DNA from: a virus
DNA length: 64,000 nucleotides
Reading direction: 5' to 3' (one strand)
Virus record (IMG/VR): IMGVR_UViG_3300044655_002046
Part shown: in pieces, positions 1 to 8,579 of the stretch
Layout of the letters: each line of letters begins with the position of its first letter
How positions within the stretch are numbered: the stretch's first letter is position 1
Program-made: the position numbers and the translations under genes
Notes under the pieces: generated by a model
Databases searched by the model: none
Told to the model about the DNA's origin: nothing
What the model saw: the letters and a program-made list of their open reading frames with translations, nothing else

Positions 1-7
1 ATACTCA

Positions 8-37
8 GGAGGGCCCACTCCCCTTTTCTTTCTAGTG
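8..37 (+). terminator. GC hairpin + T-tract followed by CTAGTG (copy 1 of repeated terminator/CTTTAGTG motif)
   Basis: GGAGGGCCCACTCC CCTTTTCTTTCTAGTG; related motifs at 219, 1279, 2064 and 7277. Confidence 0.55.
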
Positions 38-62
38 AATACTTACTCTAGGAGGTAAATCC

Positions 63-212
63 ATGTCCCCTTATCACACTTATCTTCAATTAAATCATCA
101 AACGATTCAACTCCGGTCCGTAGATGGGCCAGCATGTCATCTAGACCTGGATGGTCACCGCTGGTATGTTCTACCAGATGGTGACTTCGAGGTCATCACT
201 CTAATAGACTAA
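63..212 (+). CDS. 49-aa hypothetical protein (MSPYHTYLQLNHQ...FEVITLID)
   Basis: ATG at 63 with GGAGG RBS at 51-55, TAA at 210-212; a diverged partial copy lies at 1036-1154. Confidence 0.65.
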   Translation: MSPYHTYLQLNHQTIQLRSVDGPACHLDLDGHRWYVLPDGDFEVITLID

Positions 213-218
213 CACTAT

Positions 219-252
219 GGGGAGCTATATGCTTCCCTTTTTCCTTCTGGTG
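219..252 (+). terminator. Intrinsic terminator-like hairpin with CTTCTGGTG tail
   Basis: GGGGAGCTATATGCTTCCC followed by TTTTT. Confidence 0.6.
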
Positions 253-275
253 ATTTATCAGTCCCAGGAGGACAC

Positions 276-1022
276 ATGTACAAAATCCTAGCAGCATCAA
301 TCTACGCCGCACTACAGGCAGCGGGCGTCTACGTCCACCCAACGACGTGGGCGTTTATCTCACACTACTTCATGGGAGGTTCCCAGCCCCCGACTCTATC
401 TCAAGCCGACATCGCTGAGACACGCGATGCGGTGATAATAAACCTCAAGGCTCGTCTTAAGGACGAAGAAATGAGCCGCCGCACCTCTCTCACTGCTTCC
501 GGGGACTACGACGACTGGTGGTCTTCTTTAGCCGGGGCCATCGGTAACTTCAACTACCGCATTCTAGCAGTAGGTCCAGACACCATCAAGGTGGAGTGTC
601 GTGACACGTGGGACTTCAATTCCAACCACTATGACCTAAAGTTACCCTGCCCCTCTCGTCTAGCGGGTATCTTATCTTCTATGGCTAAGAAGATAGGTAT
701 AGAGGTATTTTACAATGAAGGACAGCTAACTGTCTGTGAAGAGCAGCTGGTCAAGCTCAATCCTGGTCGCGCCTTCACGACCGTGTGGGAAGTAGAGGTA
801 CCCACAGCGGAGGTAATTCCTGAGTGGGCTACTTACTGGGAGGTGGCTACCTGGAATGAGGGTAACTATGCCTTTATACGGCCTCTCAAGTACGTACCCT
901 TACCCCTCTGCCGCTACCAGCGGGGTAAAGGAGTTTATGTTGGACGGGACTACCATCCCGACATCGATTACGTGTCGATGTTAGAAGCAGGTTGGGCTCC
1001 CGCTGTAGATTTACCTGAATAA
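276..1022 (+). CDS. Hypothetical protein with a G-N-F...D-T-W-D-F-N motif, weakly colicin M/pesticin-like
   Basis: 248-aa ORF, GGAGG RBS; AGAIGNFNYRI...RDTWDFN loosely resembles the DxYDFN motif. Confidence 0.6.
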   Translation: MYKILAASIYAALQAAGVYVHPTTWAFISHYFMGGSQPPTLSQADIAETRDAVIINLKARLKDEEMSRRTSLTASGDYDDWWSSLAGAIGNFNYRILAVGPDTIKVECRDTWDFNSNHYDLKLPCPSRLAGILSSMAKKIGIEVFYNEGQLTVCEEQLVKLNPGRAFTTVWEVEVPTAEVIPEWATYWEVATWNEGNYAFIRPLKYVPLPLCRYQRGKGVYVGRDYHPDIDYVSMLEAGWAPAVDLPE

Positions 1023-1035
1023 TTAAACATTTATT

Positions 1036-1154
1036 CTAGGAGGTAAATTCAGCATCGGTCTGTAAATGGGCCGGCATGTCATCTAGACCTCAATGGTCAT
1101 CGCTGGTATGTTGCACCAGATGGTGATTTGGAGATTATTACTCTAATAGGGTAA
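1036..1154 (+). pseudogene. 5'-deleted duplicate of the 63..212 gene
   Basis: CTAGGAGGTAAAT RBS is joined directly to a segment matching about 107-212; the ATG and first codons are missing. Confidence 0.7.
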
Positions 1155-1321
1155 TGCTATGGGCCCGTCTCTACTTCTTATTCAAGATAGAGGCGGGCCC
1201 CTCGTCTCTAAATGATAGCGCCTTAAAAAGAAGAGGAATGAAGTTCAGCACCTGAGTTCGTTAAGTACGCCAGCAATTGGCCCCTTTTCTTTTAGTAGTC
1301 CTATACACCCAAGTATACACA

Positions 1322-2062
1322 ATGAGAAACAACAACAACAACGACAACCAAGTCTCTAATCAAGCCTCTAACCAACCCACCAACTCCAAAAACTACGTAT
1401 TTACCCTTAACGTAAGTCGCTCTGCCAGCACTAAGCCTGGCGTTCTTGCTTACGTGCACAATGGCGCTATCAAGCGCCGCCTGGATGGGTCTAGCTACTG
1501 GCTGGAGTTCCGGCTGATATCCAGTAAAAACGGAGAGGTACCTCTCACTACCTCCGATGGCCGTAGCTTATCTACAGCCGAGTTTGTAAAGCTTCTCTCC
1601 GGAGACGCTAGCGATGACGTGATAATGTCTGTAGAGTTATCTACAGATTTCGAAGACGAGTGGGACACGTCATGGGGGAGTGTAAAAGTTAGCTTCAACG
1701 CGGAAGATATCTGCGTTGGGCGCGAAACGGAATACAAGGGCGCAATAACCCAGTACTTTCACCTTGAAGGTGCGGAAATCCAACTTCATCGGGAAGTCGT
1801 ACGTCCCAAAATAGACCCGTCTATACTGGACGGGTTTGAGGGAACGGCAAAATCTAACGTGGTAACTGTGGAACAATTACATAGTAAAGCGGCCGCCCGC
1901 AAACGCAAACGGGAGGCTGCTAAGGCTGCACGAGATGCTGCAGCAATAGTATCTAAGCCAGGTATTGTTGCTGAGTCAGTAGTATCATCAGATGCTACTA
2001 CTGATTGGGAAGTGCCGGCTGACCTATCAGTCGACATCAACATCAACGATCTACTTGACTAA
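1322..2062 (+). CDS. Hypothetical protein (Asn-rich N-terminus, beta-rich core, basic helix, acidic tail)
   Basis: Track ORF 1277..2062; ATG at 1322 is the more likely start; no family motif recognised. Confidence 0.7.
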   Translation: MRNNNNNDNQVSNQASNQPTNSKNYVFTLNVSRSASTKPGVLAYVHNGAIKRRLDGSSYWLEFRLISSKNGEVPLTTSDGRSLSTAEFVKLLSGDASDDVIMSVELSTDFEDEWDTSWGSVKVSFNAEDICVGRETEYKGAITQYFHLEGAEIQLHREVVRPKIDPSILDGFEGTAKSNVVTVEQLHSKAAARKRKREAAKAARDAAAIVSKPGIVAESVVSSDATTDWEVPADLSVDININDLLD

Positions 2063-2063
2063 T

Positions 2064-2102
2064 AAAAAGGGGCCCTGCTTGGGCCCCTTTTTCCTTTAGT
2101 GG
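2064..2102 (+). terminator. Intrinsic terminator followed by CTTTAGTG
   Basis: AAAAGGGGCCC TGCTT GGGCCCCTTTTT CCTTTAGTG, just upstream of the RNAP gene. Confidence 0.75.
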
Positions 2103-2121
2103 CTATATATTACCACTAACC

Positions 2122-5100
2122 ATGAATACCATCAACTCTATCGTCTTCCAATCTAATGTTCTCGTAGCCTCTATCAGCGCCGCTATCATCGCAGGTGCTC
2201 GTACTGCTGCACGACGTATAGGTCCTGGTCGCCGTGCTCAGCAGATAGCGAGCCGTCGCGCTAATCGCGTAGTACGTCGCCGCTCTCGTCGTATTGTATC
2301 AGCCGGCCGTCCTATCCGTTCTCTACCTCAGCAGCAACGCCCCTGCGTTGTAAAATCAGCACGCCGTAGCGCACGGCGTGCCGCAGCTGCCGCAGCCTCA
2401 GCCGCCCGCAAACCCGTATTACGTAGCCGTAACGTCGTAGACAAACTTGTCTTACGACAACGTAAAGCCAAACCTATACTGCGCGCTGTCAGCGCAGTAT
2501 TTGCGCGTCCCTCGCGTTCTATTAGCACCGGCGCTAAAGCCGTTGCTACCGTAAATAATGCTGCTGGTAGTATTATCGCTGCCCTCGACCAAGGGCGCCT
2601 AAACTATCGCGGCAAGGGCCGTACATGTGTAGGTAAGAAGTACCGCACCAAAAACTCTAAAGTAGCTGTACCTACTAAGAAGGCGGCCGCTAAGGCAGCA
2701 CGCACCAAGCGCTGTATCTCTGCACATGTGAATCTTAACTTAAGTATACATGCTAGTCGACTTATAGACGCTGGCCGATTGTGTGGGGTTACCTTTGTGA
2801 AGGGTGCCCTAGCTTCTTACTGCGATAGCATTATTACCTTACCTGATTTCGAAGATGTGCACGTAGTAGCGCACGAGCTAGTCCACCACTGTCAGGCCCT
2901 AGGTCTTACCAAAGATCTAGATGTCTATACAAATACCTCTGATGCTGCCATTGACGCAGGCTTAATTCAATGGGAAGCCACTAAAGCTCATTATGAAGGT
3001 ACCGAGCACGGGAATGATGAGTATGAAGCCGCCTTTCTAATGTATGATCCAGAGCTAGTAATCCGCCTGCTCTGTACTCATTACTTAATGAGTAAGTTCG
3101 TAAAAAGCGGTAAGCCCAGCGTCGACTACGTGTGGATAGACGTAGTAGATGCCATGAATCCCCTCATCTGCCGTGAAGTCCTGGGTATAGATGACTCCCG
3201 CGTAATTTGGCACAGTACCTACGGGGAGTATTCTGAAGCTGTTGGGCACGACAGCACCGACACACTACTAGACTGGGAATATGTCTATAACAATAGCGTC
3301 AATAATAGTGATCCTATCGCGCTTACTATTCAGGCTGTTAATAACCTGATAGGTAAAGCCCCCGCGGTAGTGAGTACTCCCTCTGTAGTAACTCCGCCTT
3401 GCCCGGCTCCTACTACTCTCAGCAGCATGATGGACCGTCCGCTCTCTAACACAGGAGCCCCTACTAAGGGGTTAGAGAGTGATAGCTCCTATACCAATAC
3501 CACCAACACTAGCACTACCATGAAGAGCATTATCGAGATGTTAATTCCTGACCCTAGTACTCTCGGTGGAGTCGTGTCTCCTAAGCAGGAGGCGCGCATC
3601 ACAGCAGCTCGTAAAGAGTTAACCCGCTTGTTTGGGGCTAATAACTTCGACCTTCTGCCTGAAGGTCCGATTCTCTATGTCGTATCTGGTTACAACCGTA
3701 TGTGTAAGAAGTTCCTTGCGCTTCTAGACCATCGGGTTGTTTACACCACGGATTCTAAAATGAATCCTAAGGTCATTAACTTAGGTGTAACTAAGTCTAT
3801 TCCCTATGAAGACGACAAGCATACCTATACCACTAAGACCGAATGTTTAGTTAGCATGTATAGTGAGCACTTCCTCACTAACTTAGCTACGTGGTCTGGT
3901 GATGACCTGGCCGCTCTCGTAGGCTGTCTGTGTATTAAACAACACCGTATTGTTAGTGTTGAGGGCCCCTGTGTTGTCATCAAGGGTAATAACCGTAACA
4001 CTACTTTCAACTTTAATAGCAGTACCGTCAATGATGGTCGTCAGAGTCGCATCGCTAATGAACTCGTTAAAGTAGGGGGCAAAGATTACAGTGGTCGCGT
4101 AGCCCTTGTAGCACTCTGTATGAAGGTAGTGCATAACGCCACTGGTGCGCGTGCTATCCTCAATGAGGTAACTAACCTGTGGCGCGAGGACATCAACTAT
4201 GGCGCTCAGCCTAAAGAAGGTCAGTCTCTGTTTGAGATTAATCGCGGTACGACTCGTCCTATCGTGTTCAAGCCTTGGGATAAGGCCTTCCCCTTCCTGC
4301 AAGTAGAAAACACTAATCTTGCTCCCAGCGATCTTGAATTGTCGCTCAAGGACGGTGTTATAGCAGCACCTGATAAGTACAATTCAAAATGGATCGCTGT
4401 AGGGACGGCCGCCAAGGCCATGTTCCTCGGACTTAAGGATGGTAAGATATACTCCATCCATGACTTCAGCAAGCCCACTAAGGTATACAACCGTCCACCT
4501 AGCTCGGGTAAATACACCCGTGCTGAGGTGGTAGGTCGTCGTGATAGCCTACTTCGCGTTGATTTAGGTGATGGTAGCTATAGTTGTGGTGGTGGCCTCT
4601 ATCTACGCACCGCATTCACCAATAGCCGCTTTGGCTTTGGCAGTGGTGTTGCTGCTATACGTCGCGACCTTGAGTTCGAATATACTGTACCGAAGACCAT
4701 TACTAAGGAGTTTCACGTACTCCGTATTCCTAGCTCAGTTCGCGCTCTTATGGCTGCTGATCTAGATGACCCCACGAGTAAACTCATGGAAGTCATCGAA
4801 GGCAAGATAGAGAAAGCGAAGGGTCAGGTCTATGCTCCTGGTAACCCTATCATTAGCATTATGCAGGGCAAGTACTGCATAGTGAAGAACGAGACATTCG
4901 CGCAGGACATCCGCGTAATAGGCGGGACTGTCACGCGTAATGGCGTCGAGGGCCGCGCTGATAGCGTCACTATTCGACTTGAGACTGAGATGGTAGGGCG
5001 TGACCAGGCCCTCAAACTCCGCGGTCTAGGTAAGAAGCTTACTACTCTTCCCTATGACGTTGAGGGACTATCTCAACCCTGGGATATCATCCTAAATAAC

Positions 5101-7269
5101 GAAACCACCAAGGGGTGGCCCGCGCTCATAGAGATGTTCGCCATTGAGAAGGGCGGCTGCACTTATACTCCCGAAGGTGCGCTTCTCACTATCGATGCCA
5201 CTGGTGAAGTCATTGATCTCATGGCTAAGACTAATACCTTTACTGAGTGGGCTCGAGCCAAACTAGCTACTGATGATACTGGGGCCAGTGTTAAAGAGGT
5301 CATCTCCTTTGATATGGCTCGTGATCTGTGGGATTCCATCTCCTCCGTAGTAGCTAATGATGACATCAATGTAATCGATATCAACGATACCACTGTCCGT
5401 ATCGAAGAGACCGTCGAAGTTATATACGGTTATCTGCCGTATGATATCGAGATAGCCACTCCTCGTGAGTCCGTAGCATTCTCCAAGATGACTATGGAGC
5501 AAATAGGTATTGTGGCTCTACAGAACCGCGCTTGGAGCGAAGCGCTCATGGAGGAGGTTAAGTACGATAACGTTATGTCCATAGTTAGCATGATCACATC
5601 TAAAGAATGTGCTGATTACATTAACATCAGCACTACAGAGGGGCGTGACCATCTACGGGACATTATCGGTGTAGTTAACAACTACGTTTCTGATAGCGCC
5701 CCTGGCAGTGACCGCAAACTGCTAGACCGTTTTGCCACCGTCTACCCCAATGGAGTGGATATCGTTGCTCAGAATAACGGTAATGAAGTCTCTCTTCATA
5801 TCAATGGTAAGGCCCTAAGCGCGTTCGGTACCTTCTCTGGCGCCTCCGCTACTGGTATTATGCTAGACCTTCTGACACTGTTGGCCTACGTTACTGATGT
5901 AGGGATTGAAGACCAGAGCGGTTTGGATAGTAAAATCTACTCCATGACCGCTAAGGTCAGCCGCGGTTTACGCACATGGTGTAACACCATGGTTAAATCC
6001 AAGAGCATTCTGAAAAGTATGGCCCGCGCCGGCGATGTGGTCGTTGGTAAGGTCAAGACCAGTTATAGCCCGCTGCTCCATAGCGCTGATGGCGTGCCTG
6101 TAATTCTCATGCACCCCGATTGCCCTATGGTGCGTATGCTTGGCATCAAAGAAGGCCAGGTTATTGGGGTACAACGTACTCCTATGGGTTTCATCCTATG
6201 CGGCCGCGTCAAGTTCTCTACTACTGATGCCTTCGTCGCACACTATACGGTCAACCCTCTCCTATGGCACGCCGTTAACGAAGGTGATGCTGATGGTGAT
6301 CAGTGCGGCGGCATTAATGCTCACAAATACGGTATCGACGCTGAGAGTGCCCTCACTATCAATGCTAGTCTCATGGGCATGGGCGGCTACTTCTACTGCT
6401 ACGAAGCAGATGACCTGCCGTTCTTCGCCTTCATGAGCTATGAAGATAAGATGGGCAAGAAATCCCTTACTAAGTGGGATAAGGCTGTAGCCACTGCTAT
6501 CGCTGTCGATAAGTACGTCAGCGACGCTGCTGAGGTGCATATGCACTACAAAGTAGCCGTAGGTGTTGGTTATGGTATCTGTTCTGCACTTGCCTTTCAG
6601 ACATGGGATAGTATGTACCGCGCTAGCGGCGTCGATACCGACGCACTTAAAGCGTGTGTTATCGCTTGGCGTTTCGTCTATGAAAGCATGGGTCTCGGGG
6701 GCTATACCCCTGAGGCTAAGATCTTTATGGCGACCTTAGTACAAGCAGCCCGCGCCTGGGCTGCTGGCGTGCCTATGTATAAGTCAGCACAAGACGGGTT
6801 ATACTACTCTGCTAACTCTACTAAGCTTGCGGATACGGATCGCCAAGGAGGTGGTGTACCTCCTGCTCGGGTTATGGCTGACCTTATGCCCGCTAAGCTG
6901 GCTAAGGAGCCCGCCGTAATCTACCAGCTTATAAAGGCTCGTGCTCGTACTCTCACATACGGCGCTCTCGAACGGGGCAACTTTGCTCGCGAGAGCCTTA
7001 TCATGTCATCTGCTATCTACGGAGCCTTCCGTCGTACTGGCCAGGGTCATGATCCTGTGGTTCCTATGACTCAGGATGACGCGGCCAGTTATGGCGCTGA
7101 TGATATCGTCCCCGTTAGTGTGTTCGACATGGTAAGTGAGTTCCAACTCTCTAACTATGTCAAGAACCCTCAACTCAAGCAGCTGTTGGAAATCGCAACT
7201 GCTGTACATCTCGATCTCGGTGACTACAAACTAGAACTCGCTGAAGCTGAAGATCATCCTGATTTCTAA
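2122..7269 (+). CDS. Single-polypeptide two-barrel (double-psi beta-barrel) DNA-dependent RNA polymerase with Arg/Lys/Ala-rich N-terminus and zincin-like HExxH motif
   Basis: Beta-prime-like VQRTPM...NPLLWHAVNEGDADGDQ (DxDGD at 6286-6300; compare LNRAP...HPLVCAAYNADFDGDQ). Beta-like KLRGLGKKLTTLPYDVEGLSQPWDIILN at about 5014-5097 (compare KMAGRHGNKG...MPYDENGTPVDIVLN). HELVH at 2872-2886 with downstream EYEA. Confidence 0.85.
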   Translation: MNTINSIVFQSNVLVASISAAIIAGARTAARRIGPGRRAQQIASRRANRVVRRRSRRIVSAGRPIRSLPQQQRPCVVKSARRSARRAAAAAASAARKPVLRSRNVVDKLVLRQRKAKPILRAVSAVFARPSRSISTGAKAVATVNNAAGSIIAALDQGRLNYRGKGRTCVGKKYRTKNSKVAVPTKKAAAKAARTKRCISAHVNLNLSIHASRLIDAGRLCGVTFVKGALASYCDSIITLPDFEDVHVVAHELVHHCQALGLTKDLDVYTNTSDAAIDAGLIQWEATKAHYEGTEHGNDEYEAAFLMYDPELVIRLLCTHYLMSKFVKSGKPSVDYVWIDVVDAMNPLICREVLGIDDSRVIWHSTYGEYSEAVGHDSTDTLLDWEYVYNNSVNNSDPIALTIQAVNNLIGKAPAVVSTPSVVTPPCPAPTTLSSMMDRPLSNTGAPTKGLESDSSYTNTTNTSTTMKSIIEMLIPDPSTLGGVVSPKQEARITAARKELTRLFGANNFDLLPEGPILYVVSGYNRMCKKFLALLDHRVVYTTDSKMNPKVINLGVTKSIPYEDDKHTYTTKTECLVSMYSEHFLTNLATWSGDDLAALVGCLCIKQHRIVSVEGPCVVIKGNNRNTTFNFNSSTVNDGRQSRIANELVKVGGKDYSGRVALVALCMKVVHNATGARAILNEVTNLWREDINYGAQPKEGQSLFEINRGTTRPIVFKPWDKAFPFLQVENTNLAPSDLELSLKDGVIAAPDKYNSKWIAVGTAAKAMFLGLKDGKIYSIHDFSKPTKVYNRPPSSGKYTRAEVVGRRDSLLRVDLGDGSYSCGGGLYLRTAFTNSRFGFGSGVAAIRRDLEFEYTVPKTITKEFHVLRIPSSVRALMAADLDDPTSKLMEVIEGKIEKAKGQVYAPGNPIISIMQGKYCIVKNETFAQDIRVIGGTVTRNGVEGRADSVTIRLETEMVGRDQALKLRGLGKKLTTLPYDVEGLSQPWDIILNNETTKGWPALIEMFAIEKGGCTYTPEGALLTIDATGEVIDLMAKTNTFTEWARAKLATDDTGASVKEVISFDMARDLWDSISSVVANDDINVIDINDTTVRIEETVEVIYGYLPYDIEIATPRESVAFSKMTMEQIGIVALQNRAWSEALMEEVKYDNVMSIVSMITSKECADYINISTTEGRDHLRDIIGVVNNYVSDSAPGSDRKLLDRFATVYPNGVDIVAQNNGNEVSLHINGKALSAFGTFSGASATGIMLDLLTLLAYVTDVGIEDQSGLDSKIYSMTAKVSRGLRTWCNTMVKSKSILKSMARAGDVVVGKVKTSYSPLLHSADGVPVILMHPDCPMVRMLGIKEGQVIGVQRTPMGFILCGRVKFSTTDAFVAHYTVNPLLWHAVNEGDADGDQCGGINAHKYGIDAESALTINASLMGMGGYFYCYEADDLPFFAFMSYEDKMGKKSLTKWDKAVATAIAVDKYVSDAAEVHMHYKVAVGVGYGICSALAFQTWDSMYRASGVDTDALKACVIAWRFVYESMGLGGYTPEAKIFMATLVQAARAWAAGVPMYKSAQDGLYYSANSTKLADTDRQGGGVPPARVMADLMPAKLAKEPAVIYQLIKARARTLTYGALERGNFARESLIMSSAIYGAFRRTGQGHDPVVPMTQDDAASYGADDIVPVSVFDMVSEFQLSNYVKNPQLKQLLEIATAVHLDLGDYKLELAEAEDHPDF

Positions 7270-7276
7270 TTACAAT

Positions 7277-7323
7277 GGGGTCATATGACCCCTGGGGCCA
7301 CCTGGCCCCTTTTTCTTTTAGTG
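7277..7323 (+). terminator. Tandem hairpins + T-tract + CTTTTAGTG after the RNAP gene
   Basis: GGGGTCATATGACCCC then GGGGCCACCTGGCCCC TTTTTCTTTTAGTG. Confidence 0.75.
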
Positions 7324-7479
7324 GAGCTCTTTACTCCATATGATAGGTAGTATCTGGTATTGCCCATGACAGCGAATGTTACTAGCGGCGGCTTATGCTC
7401 GTGACGGCGAATTCTATTAGCGGTGGCAATAAACTATCTGTTGGGTACTCCCTAAGCACCCAGCAAGAGCTGCGTTAGT

Positions 7480-7765
7480 TTCATTAGCCACTCCCTTTCA
7501 GAAGAGCTATTGTCGCGATAGCTACCATAGCTATACTAGCCACTCCCCAACGGAGGAGCTTATGGTACTCGAGCTGTTCCCCAGCGGAGAGCCTACAGGG
7601 CTCGAGCTGCGAAAGTAGCCAGTGCCACTCCCTAACAGAGGGGCTTGTGTCGCACTAGTTGTGATAACTACTATAGCTGCACTAGCTGCTCTAGCCACTC
7701 CGTTGGGGAGGGCTTATGGTACTCGAGCTGCGAAAGTAGCCGATACCACTCCCCAACGGAGTGAT
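7480..7765 (+). repeat. Array of five degenerate bulged hairpins (GCCACTCC-loop-GGAG-GCT) with repeated GGTACTCGAGCTG(CGAAAGTAGCC); candidate ncRNA
   Basis: CCACTCC units near 7488, 7540, 7625, 7694 and 7746; GCTGC-GAAA-GTAGC hairpin occurs twice; no convincing ORF. Confidence 0.65.
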
Positions 7766-7803
7766 ATAACCTCTAATTACTCATTATTACCTATTAGCTA
7801 GCC

Positions 7804-8490
7804 ATGAGAACACAACGCACCGCCAAAACCACCGCAGGAACCACCGCCAAAACCACTACTACTCTATCCCCTATAGAAGCATTCAAAGCAGCGGTAGCAG
7901 AACCTAAACCACAGGAATCCAAAGCGCAACTGCTTTTCTCAATAGCGTTTACAACTAAGTTCCTTCCAGAACGCTTTTGGAACAAACCATGCTCCGATGG
8001 GAGCGTACGGTTAGTAGGCACAGTCGCGCGGACTAACAATATTACCCGCCAGGGTTTCCCAATTGCTAACGACCAGCTTGTTGATATGACAGTTGAAGTC
8101 CGGGTAACACCGGACCAATTTGAGATTATCTCTGATGGCGCTGAAGGCATGGTAGGAGCGGGCTTATCCGTTCTCTTCGAGGTCGGGGAGCCCATCTTAT
8201 CCGAACTCACCGTAAACGGTGAGGAAGTCAATAGCATTGTCTTTTACGCTATGGCCTTGGTAGGCATGGAGGTCAATCATACTTCCATTAGCGGTCGAGG
8301 CTTTGATTCAAAGAATGAGATGGATAACTGGTTCTCAAAGGCGCGGTCTCAGAATAATGATCGGCAGAAGCGCCGGCAAGTAGAGCGCACTGCTCAGCTA
8401 CAAGCTGCACAAGCTGCTGCCGCTGCTGCAAATAACGATGCAGAGTGGGCGGCGACGACCCCTGCCGCAAGCACCAATCCTATGGAATAA
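7804..8490 (+). CDS. Hypothetical protein (Thr-rich N-terminus, beta-rich core, basic/Ala helix)
   Basis: 228-aa ORF; architecture similar to 1322..2062. Confidence 0.75.
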   Translation: MRTQRTAKTTAGTTAKTTTTLSPIEAFKAAVAEPKPQESKAQLLFSIAFTTKFLPERFWNKPCSDGSVRLVGTVARTNNITRQGFPIANDQLVDMTVEVRVTPDQFEIISDGAEGMVGAGLSVLFEVGEPILSELTVNGEEVNSIVFYAMALVGMEVNHTSISGRGFDSKNEMDNWFSKARSQNNDRQKRRQVERTAQLQAAQAAAAAANNDAEWAATTPAASTNPME

Positions 8491-8579
8491 GAATTAGCTG
8501 ACCTTATCGGAGGTCGGCTGATATACGCCTCTCTACTGGTAGAGAGGCGTATAAACCGTTCTACTACAGAGAGAAGGAA

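Noticed and set aside
1322-1350. AAC-rich run as a possible DGR template repeat
   Set aside because: It is a short poly-Asn coding tract without the CGGGGCGGTTCC...GGTTTTCGG flanks; no TR or RT was found on either strand in this window
7794-8237. Antisense or alternate-frame ORFs inside long genes (e.g. within the RNAP, nrdA and FGE genes)
   Set aside because: No RBS or motifs; expected by-products of codon bias
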